This document shows positions 8,998-17,275 of a DNA stretch of 64,000 bases, in pieces. Origin of the DNA: an uncultured virus (IMG/VR IMGVR_UViG_3300026479_000007). Lineage: Duplodnaviria; Heunggongvirae; Uroviricota; Caudoviricetes. Position numbers and translations under genes: made by a program. The notes beneath the pieces are model-generated. The model did no database searches. It saw only the letters and a list, made by a program, of their open reading frames with translations, and was not told where the DNA came from. Numbering within the stretch: the stretch's first letter is position 1; every line of letters starts with the position of its first letter. The stretch covers positions 1-64,000 of IMG/VR virus record IMGVR_UViG_3300026479_000007; one strand, given 5' to 3'.

Positions 8998-9133
8998 CTC
9001 CATTTGAAACTTCTTATTATGCAAGTTTATTACTACATCCTCACAATTGTCATGTAGTGCTTAATCGATTGTGAGAAACTGCTATCATTCTTACCTTAGC
9101 AACTTAGGCTTTACATAAAAGAAGTTTCTGGAG
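8998..9133 (-). ncRNA. Unclassified RNA with long closing stem and central pseudoknot (136 nt)
   Basis: CTCCA-GAAACTTCTT-TTATGTAA pairs with the 3' end; CTCACAAT/ATTGTGAG crosses ACTACAT/ATGTAGT. Confidence 0.6.
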
Positions 9134-9147
9134 ACTAGTTTAATATG

Positions 9148-9221
9148 TGGTCCTTGATGGACTCGAACCATCGACCTACTGATTATGAGTCAGTTACTCT
9201 AACCAACTGAGTTAAAGGACC
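9148..9221 (-). tRNA. tRNA-Ile2(CAU), lysidine type (alternatively Met)
   Basis: Cloverleaf, anticodon CAT, GGTCCTT acceptor with C4:G69 and C5:G68 as in bacterial Ile2. Confidence 0.85.
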
Positions 9222-9232
9222 TTAAAAAGCTA

Positions 9233-9325
9233 TCTTTTAATATAAACAATTTATTTTGACTAGTATTAAATAAATCCATTTTTTATATATCTTTTCGACC
9301 TATGTATAGGTGTGATATTAAAAGA
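9233..9325 (-). ncRNA. AT-rich structured element
   Basis: 11-bp closing stem TCTTTTAATAT/ATATTAAAAGA enclosing two hairpins. Confidence 0.35.
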
Positions 9326-9407
9326 AATTCCTCACATTAGATAACCTCACACGGATTTGTGCCCTGGTAGAGCTAATTATTTGTTTGGAACTTATCACTT
9401 TTTTTAG

Positions 9408-9481
9408 TACACCCACCAGGATTCAAACCTGGGACCTATTCATTAGAAGTGAATTGCTCTATTCAGCTGAGCTATGGGTGC
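9408..9481 (-). tRNA. tRNA-Arg(UCU)
   Basis: Cloverleaf, anticodon loop CTTCTAA; non-canonical A19/U56. Confidence 0.93.
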
Positions 9482-9536
9482 AAATGTCACATATTGAGAT
9501 TACATATGCTAGATATATCGGTTTTTTCCTTTTTCT

Positions 9537-9656
9537 AAAACCTGTTGGTCTTACCCACTGAAAACGTCAGTCCTTAATGTGGGGGTAGGAGGACTTTCCG
9601 CCCTGATTCCACATACCTCACTCATAACCCTACATGAGACTTTGGGGGAAGGTTTT
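9537..9656 (-). ncRNA. Unclassified GC-rich structured RNA (120 nt)
   Basis: AAAACCT/AGGTTTT closing stem, hairpins CTCAT/ATGAG, AGGGC/GTCCT and ACTGA/TCAGT, stem ATGTGG/CCACAT. Confidence 0.55.
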
Positions 9657-9701
9657 GTTGTGGAGTTACCTACAAACTCTATGAGCACCTCTTACTCACT
9701 A

Positions 9702-9775
9702 GTTGAATAATAATGAATCGAACCTTAATCTTGAGTCCGTATTACCTTTTTCCGTGCCTCTTACACTATATTCAA
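9702..9775 (-). pseudogene. tRNA-like element lacking a foldable anticodon arm
   Basis: 7-bp acceptor TTGAATA/TATTCAA, D arm GTGT/GCAC, GGTTCGATTC T loop. Confidence 0.6.
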
Positions 9776-9824
9776 TCGTCTATTTCGAACTAGACAAGAT
9801 TTAGTTAATTACTCTAAATCTTTG

Positions 9825-9896
9825 TAGCGTGTTGTGGATTCGAACCACCCCGTAGATGTTATGAGCGTCCCATGCAACCTTTTACACTTTCACGCA
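9825..9896 (-). tRNA. tRNA-Met(CAU), atypical
   Basis: Anticodon loop CTCATAA, T loop TTCGAAT; U1:U72 and A7:A66 mismatches. Confidence 0.8.
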
Positions 9897-9943
9897 ATAT
9901 ATTATATATTTCACTTATTTGTGATAATGAAATTAAAAACAAG

Positions 9944-10018
9944 TGGTACTCCCACGGGGAATCGAACCCCGCTTTTCAGGATGAAAACCTGATGTCCTAA
10001 CCGATAGACGATGGGAGC
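9944..10018 (-). tRNA. tRNA-Glu(UUC) with encoded CCA
   Basis: Cloverleaf, anticodon loop TTTTCAT, ends ACCA. Confidence 0.96.
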
Positions 10019-10059
10019 TTTTAATTATCTCCATTATTTCAAAGAGCTTTTTATTATAT

Positions 10060-10085
10060 AACGACAAATTTAATTGTTCATTACA
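10060..10085 (-). promoter_or_regulatory. ECF-sigma-like promoter TGTAAT-N16-CGTT (copy 3), upstream of the tRNA operon
   Basis: Same motif; a TAAATTTG host-type -7 element is embedded in its spacer. Confidence 0.7.
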
Positions 10086-10124
10086 AAAAAACAAATATTT
10101 TTTTATTTTTTTTTTTTATTTTTT

Positions 10125-12023
10125 TTAAGAATTATATAACAAACTTACTAAATCATTAAAAATACTACCATCTTTAACTTCTACTGTTTCCTCAAATTCT
10201 TTTCCATCTAACACTTTAGATAAAATTGAAGATTTTTGATTTAACAACTTTTCGATATCTTCATCTATAGTATCTTGACAGACCAATCTAATTATTTGTA
10301 TTTTATCCGCTTTTGAAGAAGCTCTATGTATTCTATCTTCTGCTTGTTCTCTATCAGCACTAGTCCAAGGTTGGTCTATAAAAATTGAAATACTAGCAGA
10401 GGTTAAAGTTATTCCTACACCTGCCGCTCCAATTGTACCAGAAAAAACCTTTATATTTTTATCATCCATAAAAGCTTCTACTGCTTCTTCTTTTTTGTTA
10501 GCATTTATATCTCCATTAAAAACAACTGCTTTGTCTCCAAATTTGCTTACTACCTCATATGAAATACTTTTATATTGAGTAAATACTACAACTTTTTCAT
10601 CTCCATCTATGATATCTTGAATAAACTCAAAAGCTTTTTTCATTTTTATTTCAGATGTAAACATTTTTAACTTTTGAATCCTAGTCAAGTGATTCATTCT
10701 ATTGTCTGCATTTTTATCATCTTGACTCATTTCTTCTTTAATTCCTTTTTTTATTTTGTTATATTCAGACATTTCAGAAGAACTAAGCTCTATAGGTATT
10801 ACTGTATATGTTTTTGGGGGTAAATGTTTTAATATATCTTTTTTTAATCTTCTCAAGAAGAAAGGTGAAATCTTTTCAAATAATTCATCCAAATTAGAAG
10901 CACCTGAATAATCCCATCCAAAATTATTCTTTTCTGCAGCACAATACCTCATTCCAAATGAATGAGCATTACTCCATTCTTCTGGATATAAAAAATTCAA
11001 CAAAGAATAAAATTCATATGGTCTACTTTTTATTGCTGTGCCTGTCAATAATAATCTTTGAGGTATTTCTTTTAAAGTTTTCTTTGCTAATTTAGTTCTA
11101 TCTGCAGAGTCGTTTTTAATGTAGTGAGCTTCATCCATTATTAATATTTCATAATCTTTTGGATTCAATTGATGACCTTCTTTGTCTGGGGTGAAGGATA
11201 TATTTTTTGTAGCTCTTGAATTTACCATATTCCTAACACCACAACTTGGACAAACTTTATCTTTGTATCTTTTTTTACTATTTCTTTCACTCCAGCCACA
11301 AAATACATTTTTACATTTGTGAGACATCTCTATAGTTATATAAGTGTCTAATGAACTATAACTTATTATGTGGAACATAGATTCATCTTTTGAGTGATTT
11401 ATTTTCTTTGACTTTTTTGTTGGTTTCCACTTATAAACAAACGCCTTCTCTTTAGTAAACTTAAGTATTTCACTCCTCCAATTAAGTCTTAAGTTTGCTG
11501 GACAAACTATTAGAGTCTTCTTTTTTTTCCAAGCAGCGTAAGTCATAGCAGAGGCAGTTTTTCCTACCCCTGGTTGGTCTCCAAGTAAGGCTTTTCCATT
11601 ACAAGTGTCAAAAAAAACAGCAGCTTTCTTTTGGTATTCATATGGCTCTATATTCATAAAAGAAAAATCAATATGAGAAGTATCTATATTTTCAGTTTTC
11701 ATAGATAAAGCTTTAAGTAAAGATTCTTGTCTCTTTTCAAACTCTTTTCTTAATTCTTCAACTTCTTCATTTGTTAAATTAGTAAACTTAAATGGAAAAC
11801 CATTATCTTTTATAAAAGATACAACTTTACCTATATATCCAGAAGAAACTATTCTATACCAATTTTCATACGTACTACCGTCTGAATTTTGTATATATTC
11901 TACTTGTATTTTCCTTTGGTCTTCTGGAAAACTTTTTATGAAGTCACTCAAATTTTTTCTAAAATTATATTCTATTTTATAATTTGTTTTGAGTTTTGTA
12001 ATAATAATTGTATTTGAAGTCAT
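10125..12023 (-). CDS. SNF2-family helicase/translocase with zinc-ribbon insert
   Basis: LLGDQPGVGKT, LIMDEAH, LLLTGT, GVGITLT, QAEDRIHR. Confidence 0.93.
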   Translation of the reverse strand: MTSNTIIITKLKTNYKIEYNFRKNLSDFIKSFPEDQRKIQVEYIQNSDGSTYENWYRIVSSGYIGKVVSFIKDNGFPFKFTNLTNEEVEELRKEFEKRQESLLKALSMKTENIDTSHIDFSFMNIEPYEYQKKAAVFFDTCNGKALLGDQPGVGKTASAMTYAAWKKKKTLIVCPANLRLNWRSEILKFTKEKAFVYKWKPTKKSKKINHSKDESMFHIISYSSLDTYITIEMSHKCKNVFCGWSERNSKKRYKDKVCPSCGVRNMVNSRATKNISFTPDKEGHQLNPKDYEILIMDEAHYIKNDSADRTKLAKKTLKEIPQRLLLTGTAIKSRPYEFYSLLNFLYPEEWSNAHSFGMRYCAAEKNNFGWDYSGASNLDELFEKISPFFLRRLKKDILKHLPPKTYTVIPIELSSSEMSEYNKIKKGIKEEMSQDDKNADNRMNHLTRIQKLKMFTSEIKMKKAFEFIQDIIDGDEKVVVFTQYKSISYEVVSKFGDKAVVFNGDINANKKEEAVEAFMDDKNIKVFSGTIGAAGVGITLTSASISIFIDQPWTSADREQAEDRIHRASSKADKIQIIRLVCQDTIDEDIEKLLNQKSSILSKVLDGKEFEETVEVKDGSIFNDLVSLLYNS

Positions 12024-12098
12024 AATTATGCAATTTATAAATAAAAAACAAAAAAACCTAATATTTATAATAAAGATTTTTTTATAAAATAAATAAAA

Positions 12099-12452
12099 AT
12101 GAAAATTACTAAAGAACTAATAAGACAATTAATAAGAGAATCATACGAAGAAATGACTTCTCATGTAAAAGAAAATCCTACTTCTTCAGAAAGTATTTTT
12201 GATAGTAAGCCAGGTGAAACTGTCATTTTAAATTTTGAAGGTGTGACTATTAAAATGGAAAGACAATTAGATGATTTATTTAAAATAGTTGACGCTGCTG
12301 AAAGCGAAAAGTTAAAAGATGGAGATTACATAAAAATTCAAGGTAATGATACTCTTAATCCTGGAAGGAGTTTTAAATTTATAATTTATAGAGAGACACC
12401 TTTAAAATATGAAACTAACCCTCTAGAAAGTTGGAAGATAATTAAAAACTAA
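12099..12452 (+). CDS. Hypothetical tagged protein
   Basis: MKITKELIRQLIRES N-terminus. Confidence 0.55.
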   Translation: MKITKELIRQLIRESYEEMTSHVKENPTSSESIFDSKPGETVILNFEGVTIKMERQLDDLFKIVDAAESEKLKDGDYIKIQGNDTLNPGRSFKFIIYRETPLKYETNPLESWKIIKN

Positions 12453-12466
12453 TTATCTATATAAAA

Positions 12467-12503
12467 CAAAAAAAAACGCCCATTTAAGTGAGCGTTTTTT
12501 TTT
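12467..12503. terminator. Bidirectional intrinsic terminator
   Basis: AAAAAACGCCCA-TTTAAG-TGAGCGTTTTTT. Confidence 0.75.
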
Positions 12504-12523
12504 GTTTTATAATTTTTGTTTTT

Positions 12524-13024
12524 TTATTTAATTCCTGATAATTTTTTCATTCTTTCATAACTAGAATTAATTAACTTAGCTCTATTTTTTACTAATCTAG
12601 ATTCTGTTATTGACATATTTTCTTCCTCTTCTTCTTGAGAACTTTCCTCCTCTGAAGATTGTGTCATATTAATCCTTTCATCACTTAAACCTTCCACATC
12701 TGAATCTATCTCAATATCTCTTATTAATTGATTAAATTTTTCATAAAATATTTGATAAATATCTTGTAGATTTTGTAATATATTTCTATTTTTATCGTTA
12801 ATAACAAAATTAGCTTCTAATATTTTTATTCCATCCACAAGAGAAAAAGACCAAGATATACTATAATCTTTCTCTAATAATATTTTACCAGAAAAAACTG
12901 CATCTTGTCCACTATATCCTTTATAAAGAGAAATATCATCAAATTTAACTGCATAATCTCCAATTTTTTCAATAAATTGTTTTTGCAATTCTTTCACTTC
13001 TGCTGTTGTAATGTTTGTTGCCAT
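12524..13024 (-). CDS. Hypothetical protein with C-terminal RMKKLSGI tag (start likely MATNITT)
   Basis: ATG right after the upstream stop; ends LINSSYERMKKLSGIK. Confidence 0.55.
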   Translation of the reverse strand: MATNITTAEVKELQKQFIEKIGDYAVKFDDISLYKGYSGQDAVFSGKILLEKDYSISWSFSLVDGIKILEANFVINDKNRNILQNLQDIYQIFYEKFNQLIRDIEIDSDVEGLSDERINMTQSSEEESSQEEEEENMSITESRLVKNRAKLINSSYERMKKLSGIK

Positions 13025-13025
13025 C

Positions 13026-13238
13026 TTAATCTTCTTTTTCTTTTTTTCCTCCGTAAAACAATATTTCATCTAACTCTTCTTCAGTTAAACCTACTTTTTT
13101 AGTTTGAATCATATTGTTGTTACTATTTTCCTCTTTAGGTTCTTCTTTAGGTTCTTCTTTAGGTTCTTTATAAACCATATCAGCAAAAACTTTAGAAACT
13201 TCTAAATCTATTAAATCTTTTAATTCTTTTTTATTCAT
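13026..13238 (-). CDS. Small tagged protein with EEPK repeats
   Basis: MNKKELKDLIDLE; 12-bp tandem repeat. Confidence 0.55.
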   Translation of the reverse strand: MNKKELKDLIDLEVSKVFADMVYKEPKEEPKEEPKEENSNNNMIQTKKVGLTEEELDEILFYGGKKEKED

Positions 13239-13239
13239 A

Positions 13240-13449
13240 CTAAATGCTATTTGCCCAAAAACTTTTCTTTTCCCAGAAAAACTTATACTGCTTAATCATC
13301 ATATCTTTAACAATTTTTCTAACATCTTCTTTATTTAAAATGTTAGACTTTTTAAAAGCCTTTTCTAATTCAGATTGTATAATTTTTTTAATCTCAGTTT
13401 TAGATAAAGGTTTATTGTTAGATTCTGATATAACATATATATTTTCCAT
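13240..13449 (-). CDS. Small protein made of two tag-like helices
   Basis: LSKTEIKKIIQSE and LNKEDVRKIVKD. Confidence 0.55.
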   Translation of the reverse strand: MENIYVISESNNKPLSKTEIKKIIQSELEKAFKKSNILNKEDVRKIVKDMMIKQYKFFWEKKSFWANSI

Positions 13450-13482
13450 ATTAATAAATATGAATTAAAAATTAACTATTGA

Positions 13483-14433
13483 TTATAAGTTTCTCAACAT
13501 TTCAACTAACATAGGGCAAGGGTACATATCAAATTTATCTTTTCTCACATTTGTATGAGACCATAAACCTTTTATCCTACCATTATAAGCTTCTTCATTA
13601 AAATCAAATGCTTCTTTAGGTTCTACACCATCTTTTAATAATTTAGTTAAACCTGATTTAACATCTATTTTAGGGTATATTTCTGAAACATGATTTATTA
13701 ACAACCTTAAAGAATCTATCTGTTCTTTAGTGTAAGCATGCCAATATTGATGACCTCTAAATTTATAACCTAAATCACAAACCATTTCTTCAGGTACTTC
13801 AATATTTACATAATTATAAAATTTATTACCTTTCTTTGTTACGTATCCAAAATTATTAATTTCAACTCCTGCTGATTTTTTAGAAACACTAAAATTTCCA
13901 ACTTTACCTAAATGCCAACCTATATAGTTATTTGGAAAACACTCTACAACTTTTCCGTTATATGTATCATCTCCATTTTTTATGCTAGTTCCACCTATAC
14001 AAAATTGTGTAGCAATCCTCCCTCTAGCATCTATATTCCAACTATTAATTGTACTATAAGGGTTATTCCACCCAGCTGTATGATGTATAAAGAAACTTTC
14101 TGGTTCTATTTTACCATAATCTTTAACATATTCATCAGAGTCCAAATATGCCTTATCTATTTTTAACCCTAAACTCGTTTCATAAGAGCCTAAATAATTT
14201 AATTTATTATCTGTATCATTAGAATCATCAAAACCTTGTCTGTCTGTATCTAACTTTAGGAGTTTTTGATATGTTTTTTTACCTACAATACCATCATCTT
14301 TAAGGCTATTTTCTTTTTGAAATTTTTTAACAGCTCTTTCGGTATTTGAACCGAAAATACCATCATCTTTTAAACCTAATGCCTTTTGTATTTCTTTTAC
14401 TTTTTTTCCTTTGTCACCTTTTTTTATCAACAT
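13483..14433 (-). CDS. Endolysin: peptidoglycan-binding domain plus Amidase_2
   Basis: DGIFG..T..AVK.FQ....L..DGIVG..T; IHHTAG, GVEINN, SHT..RKDK.D. Confidence 0.9.
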   Translation of the reverse strand: MLIKKGDKGKKVKEIQKALGLKDDGIFGSNTERAVKKFQKENSLKDDGIVGKKTYQKLLKLDTDRQGFDDSNDTDNKLNYLGSYETSLGLKIDKAYLDSDEYVKDYGKIEPESFFIHHTAGWNNPYSTINSWNIDARGRIATQFCIGGTSIKNGDDTYNGKVVECFPNNYIGWHLGKVGNFSVSKKSAGVEINNFGYVTKKGNKFYNYVNIEVPEEMVCDLGYKFRGHQYWHAYTKEQIDSLRLLINHVSEIYPKIDVKSGLTKLLKDGVEPKEAFDFNEEAYNGRIKGLWSHTNVRKDKFDMYPCPMLVEMLRNL

Positions 14434-14434
14434 A

Positions 14435-14857
14435 TTATCTTAAACTTTGATTGACACCCCTTATTCCAGCTACTGATTGCATTTTTGTTTTATAACCTTC
14501 TACTAGCTTGTTATTCAAAATAATAGATGAATTATCTTTCTTAATATATTCGGATAATTCTTTAGAAAAATCATTGAAATGATTCTTTTTGAAATCTTCC
14601 ATTAAATCATAATCTTTTATACTATCACTTAACTCTTTCAAAAAAGTATTGTTATCTAAACTCTCTTCTAAAACAAAAGATGCCTTTTCCATTTGTTTTT
14701 TATTTTTGTATACAGAAAAGGTTATTTTATTTTCACTTACAAATCCTTTTAAATTATATTTATCATCAAAAAAGCTATCTTTATATTTTAATTCAACAGA
14801 AATAAAAAATTTATTTTTTATTAATTCAGAATTTATATCATAATTAGTTTTCATCAT
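14435..14857 (-). CDS. Hypothetical protein with C-terminal tag
   Basis: LVEGYKTKMQSVAGI near the C-terminus. Confidence 0.55.
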   Translation of the reverse strand: MMKTNYDINSELIKNKFFISVELKYKDSFFDDKYNLKGFVSENKITFSVYKNKKQMEKASFVLEESLDNNTFLKELSDSIKDYDLMEDFKKNHFNDFSKELSEYIKKDNSSIILNNKLVEGYKTKMQSVAGIRGVNQSLR

Positions 14858-15561
14858 TACTTATCTAAACTTAATTTATAAACTTTACCGTCTATTTTAA
14901 CTTTATTTTTTGCGATAACTTCTGCTTTTTTAACATTTTTACTTTCAATAACTAATCCACCTTTAGAATCAGATAATTCCAAAATGACTTTTTTAATCAT
15001 TTCTCTTGAGACTTTTTTAGCAATTTCTGTAATTTTTTCAGTTAACTCTGCATCAGTTATATTACTATCAGAATTGTAATGTAAAAATTCTTCAGATTGA
15101 TAGCTATTTTCATTTACTTGACTTTTCTTCTCTGACAATCTCTGTTGTAACAATTGTCTAGTGTTTGTACTTGTAGGACCATAATTACCTATTTCACCAT
15201 TTTGTGTACTTACAGCTACATTACTATCTCCATACATCATATTCTCTAACATAGAAGCTTCAGAACTTGAAGATGAAGAGTAACTTTTTAAATTAGGTAC
15301 ATTTTTAGCTTTTTCATTTGGATTTTTTCCAACTTTAGGAACTGGTATAGCCGATGGTGAATGTGAAACTTTTTCAGATTTATCTATAAACTGTTTAAAG
15401 TTATTTTTTAAACCTCCATTCCTAATCTGTTCCATTTTAGAGGCCATTTCTGTATTTTTAGGCGTAACAGTGGGGTTTGAAATCGGCTTTACTGGTTTAG
15501 GTATGCCCATTGAAGTAAACCTATCCATCATTTCTTTTTTAGCATCTCCTTTTTCACTCAT
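14857..15561 (-). CDS. Hypothetical protein
   Basis: 234-aa ORF, translationally coupled to neighbours. Confidence 0.6.
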   Translation of the reverse strand: MSEKGDAKKEMMDRFTSMGIPKPVKPISNPTVTPKNTEMASKMEQIRNGGLKNNFKQFIDKSEKVSHSPSAIPVPKVGKNPNEKAKNVPNLKSYSSSSSSEASMLENMMYGDSNVAVSTQNGEIGNYGPTSTNTRQLLQQRLSEKKSQVNENSYQSEEFLHYNSDSNITDAELTEKITEIAKKVSREMIKKVILELSDSKGGLVIESKNVKKAEVIAKNKVKIDGKVYKLSLDK

Positions 15562-15892
15562 AATCTTCTTCTTTTAAAATTGTAACATCTTTCACTATCC
15601 AGTCATAAATAGTTTTAATCTTATTATTTTGTATTAATTCTTCAAATTTTTGTATTTCTTCTTGATACATTTCAGCTCTAACAGTCAATATGTTACCAAA
15701 TCTTCCATATTTTCTAAATTTTATTTTAGGATTAATATTTTCAAACATTATATCTTTAAATTCAACATAACTTTGTTGTTCTAATTCTTGGTATGTAACT
15801 GAAAAACCATAAAATTCTTCAAATTGATTCATAGAACCCATATATGATAGGTCTATTAAAACATTTTCTGTATTCTTTCTATTTGATTTCAT
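15554..15892 (-). CDS. Hypothetical protein
   Basis: Overlapping operon gene. Confidence 0.6.
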   Translation of the reverse strand: MKSNRKNTENVLIDLSYMGSMNQFEEFYGFSVTYQELEQQSYVEFKDIMFENINPKIKFRKYGRFGNILTVRAEMYQEEIQKFEELIQNNKIKTIYDWIVKDVTILKEEDYE

Positions 15893-16169
15893 ATAAAAAT
15901 ATTTCTACTTTTTCATTAATCTCATCCCACCAAACATAATATTTGGGATAAATGTTATTTTCATTTATAAAAAACTTATTTATTTCTTTTTCGATTTTGA
16001 CATTTTTAAATTTAGATTCTAAAATATTTTTAGCATCTATTATTTCCTTATCATCTGTTTCTATATTTAACAATTCTTGTTTTGAATTATTAAATTCTTT
16101 ATTTAAAGATTTTTTAATTTCATATAAAAAGTCTTTTTGATTCTTAATTATTTGTCTCCTAGTGTGCAT
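15879..16169 (-). CDS. Hypothetical protein
   Basis: First gene of the operon; TACTTTTG promoter element at 16197-16204. Confidence 0.55.
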   Translation of the reverse strand: MHTRRQIIKNQKDFLYEIKKSLNKEFNNSKQELLNIETDDKEIIDAKNILESKFKNVKIEKEINKFFINENNIYPKYYVWWDEINEKVEIFLYEIK

Positions 16170-16244
16170 TATGAAAACAATTTAATAAAACAATCACAAA
16201 AGTAAAGTTTATTAATATTTATAATAAACTTTAGATTAAATAGT

Positions 16245-16610
16245 ATGAAATTATCTGAATCATATACAAATAGAATTAAATTTTTATCTGGGATAATGTT
16301 AGAAAATGATAACCTTAACAACTATGATTATCAAGTTCGTAACATTGGTGGTGATGTTTTTTATAAAAGGAAAAAAGGAGATAAGAAATGGCAATTTATA
16401 GATGAAGTAGAATTCTATAAAAATTCCACAAAAAAGAATTTGATAACATGGGAAGATAAAGATTCTAAAAAAAATAAAACAAAAGAAGTAAAAAGTTTAG
16501 ATTATAACAAAAATCCATTAGAATTTTATAAGATTTATTTTGAAAACATTTCTCCTTCTGACTTTAAAGTTGAAATTGTAGATGACTTTATTAAAATTAC
16601 AAAAAAATAA
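16245..16610 (+). CDS. Tagged hypothetical protein
   Basis: MKLSESYTNRIKFLSGI N-terminus. Confidence 0.55.
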   Translation: MKLSESYTNRIKFLSGIMLENDNLNNYDYQVRNIGGDVFYKRKKGDKKWQFIDEVEFYKNSTKKNLITWEDKDSKKNKTKEVKSLDYNKNPLEFYKIYFENISPSDFKVEIVDDFIKITKK

Positions 16611-16613
16611 GCT

Positions 16614-17225
16614 ATGATTTTAAATGAAGAATATAAAAAAAGATTAAAAGAACTTTCTGGGATGATTGTTTGTGATAATTGTTTTCATAGTTGGGAAAAA
16701 GAGAAAGAAGATAAAAATCCATACCTTTGCCATACTTGTGGGTATGATTCTGAAAATAAAAAGTTTAATATTGAAGAGTTAAAAAAATGGATGATTGACA
16801 AGTATGGAAGTCTTGATGAAGCTTGGAGTCAAAAATATAAAAATTCAATAAATTGTAATAACCCTAAAGGGTTTAGCCAAAAAGCTCATTGTGCATCAAA
16901 AAAAAACAAAAAATCAGTAAAAGAAAATGTAGGCCCTAAATCTACAGATAATTATTCAGTATCTAATATATATATGGATATTTTTAATCAAATTTTTAAT
17001 TCTGAAGATTTTAAAAAAGAATATAACCCAGAAGAAGATAGATTTTGGTTTGATTCAAACTATGATGTTAAAACTCAAAAAACTTTTTCCGACAAAGCAG
17101 ATGAAACTGCAGATGAAAATGACTTAAATAAAAGTGAAGTTAAGTATTTAAGTAAAAAATTCAATAAATCAAAAAGAGATTATAATTGGAAAAATTTTCC
17201 AAACCTAAAAAACAATTCATTTTAA
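16614..17225 (+). CDS. Tagged mosaic protein with zinc ribbon and Cys/His mini-domain
   Basis: MILNEEYKKRLKELSG; CDNC...CHTC; WSQKYKNSINCNNPKGFSQKAHC. Confidence 0.55.
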   Translation: MILNEEYKKRLKELSGMIVCDNCFHSWEKEKEDKNPYLCHTCGYDSENKKFNIEELKKWMIDKYGSLDEAWSQKYKNSINCNNPKGFSQKAHCASKKNKKSVKENVGPKSTDNYSVSNIYMDIFNQIFNSEDFKKEYNPEEDRFWFDSNYDVKTQKTFSDKADETADENDLNKSEVKYLSKKFNKSKRDYNWKNFPNLKNNSF

Positions 17226-17275
17226 CTATGTTTATAAATTTATAACTATTTATTTAATAGTTATTAAAAGCATAA

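Noticed and set aside
9537..9656. RNase P RNA or tmRNA
   Set aside because: Only a GGAAAGTCC fragment; no 3' P4 strand, too short, no tRNA-like ends or tag frame
8773..10018. Suppressor tRNAs, stop-codon recoding or tRNA-linked theta/hammerhead ribozymes
   Set aside because: No CTA/TCA/TTA anticodons; genes are full length in the standard code; no CTGATGA core or HDV-like fold recognised by eye
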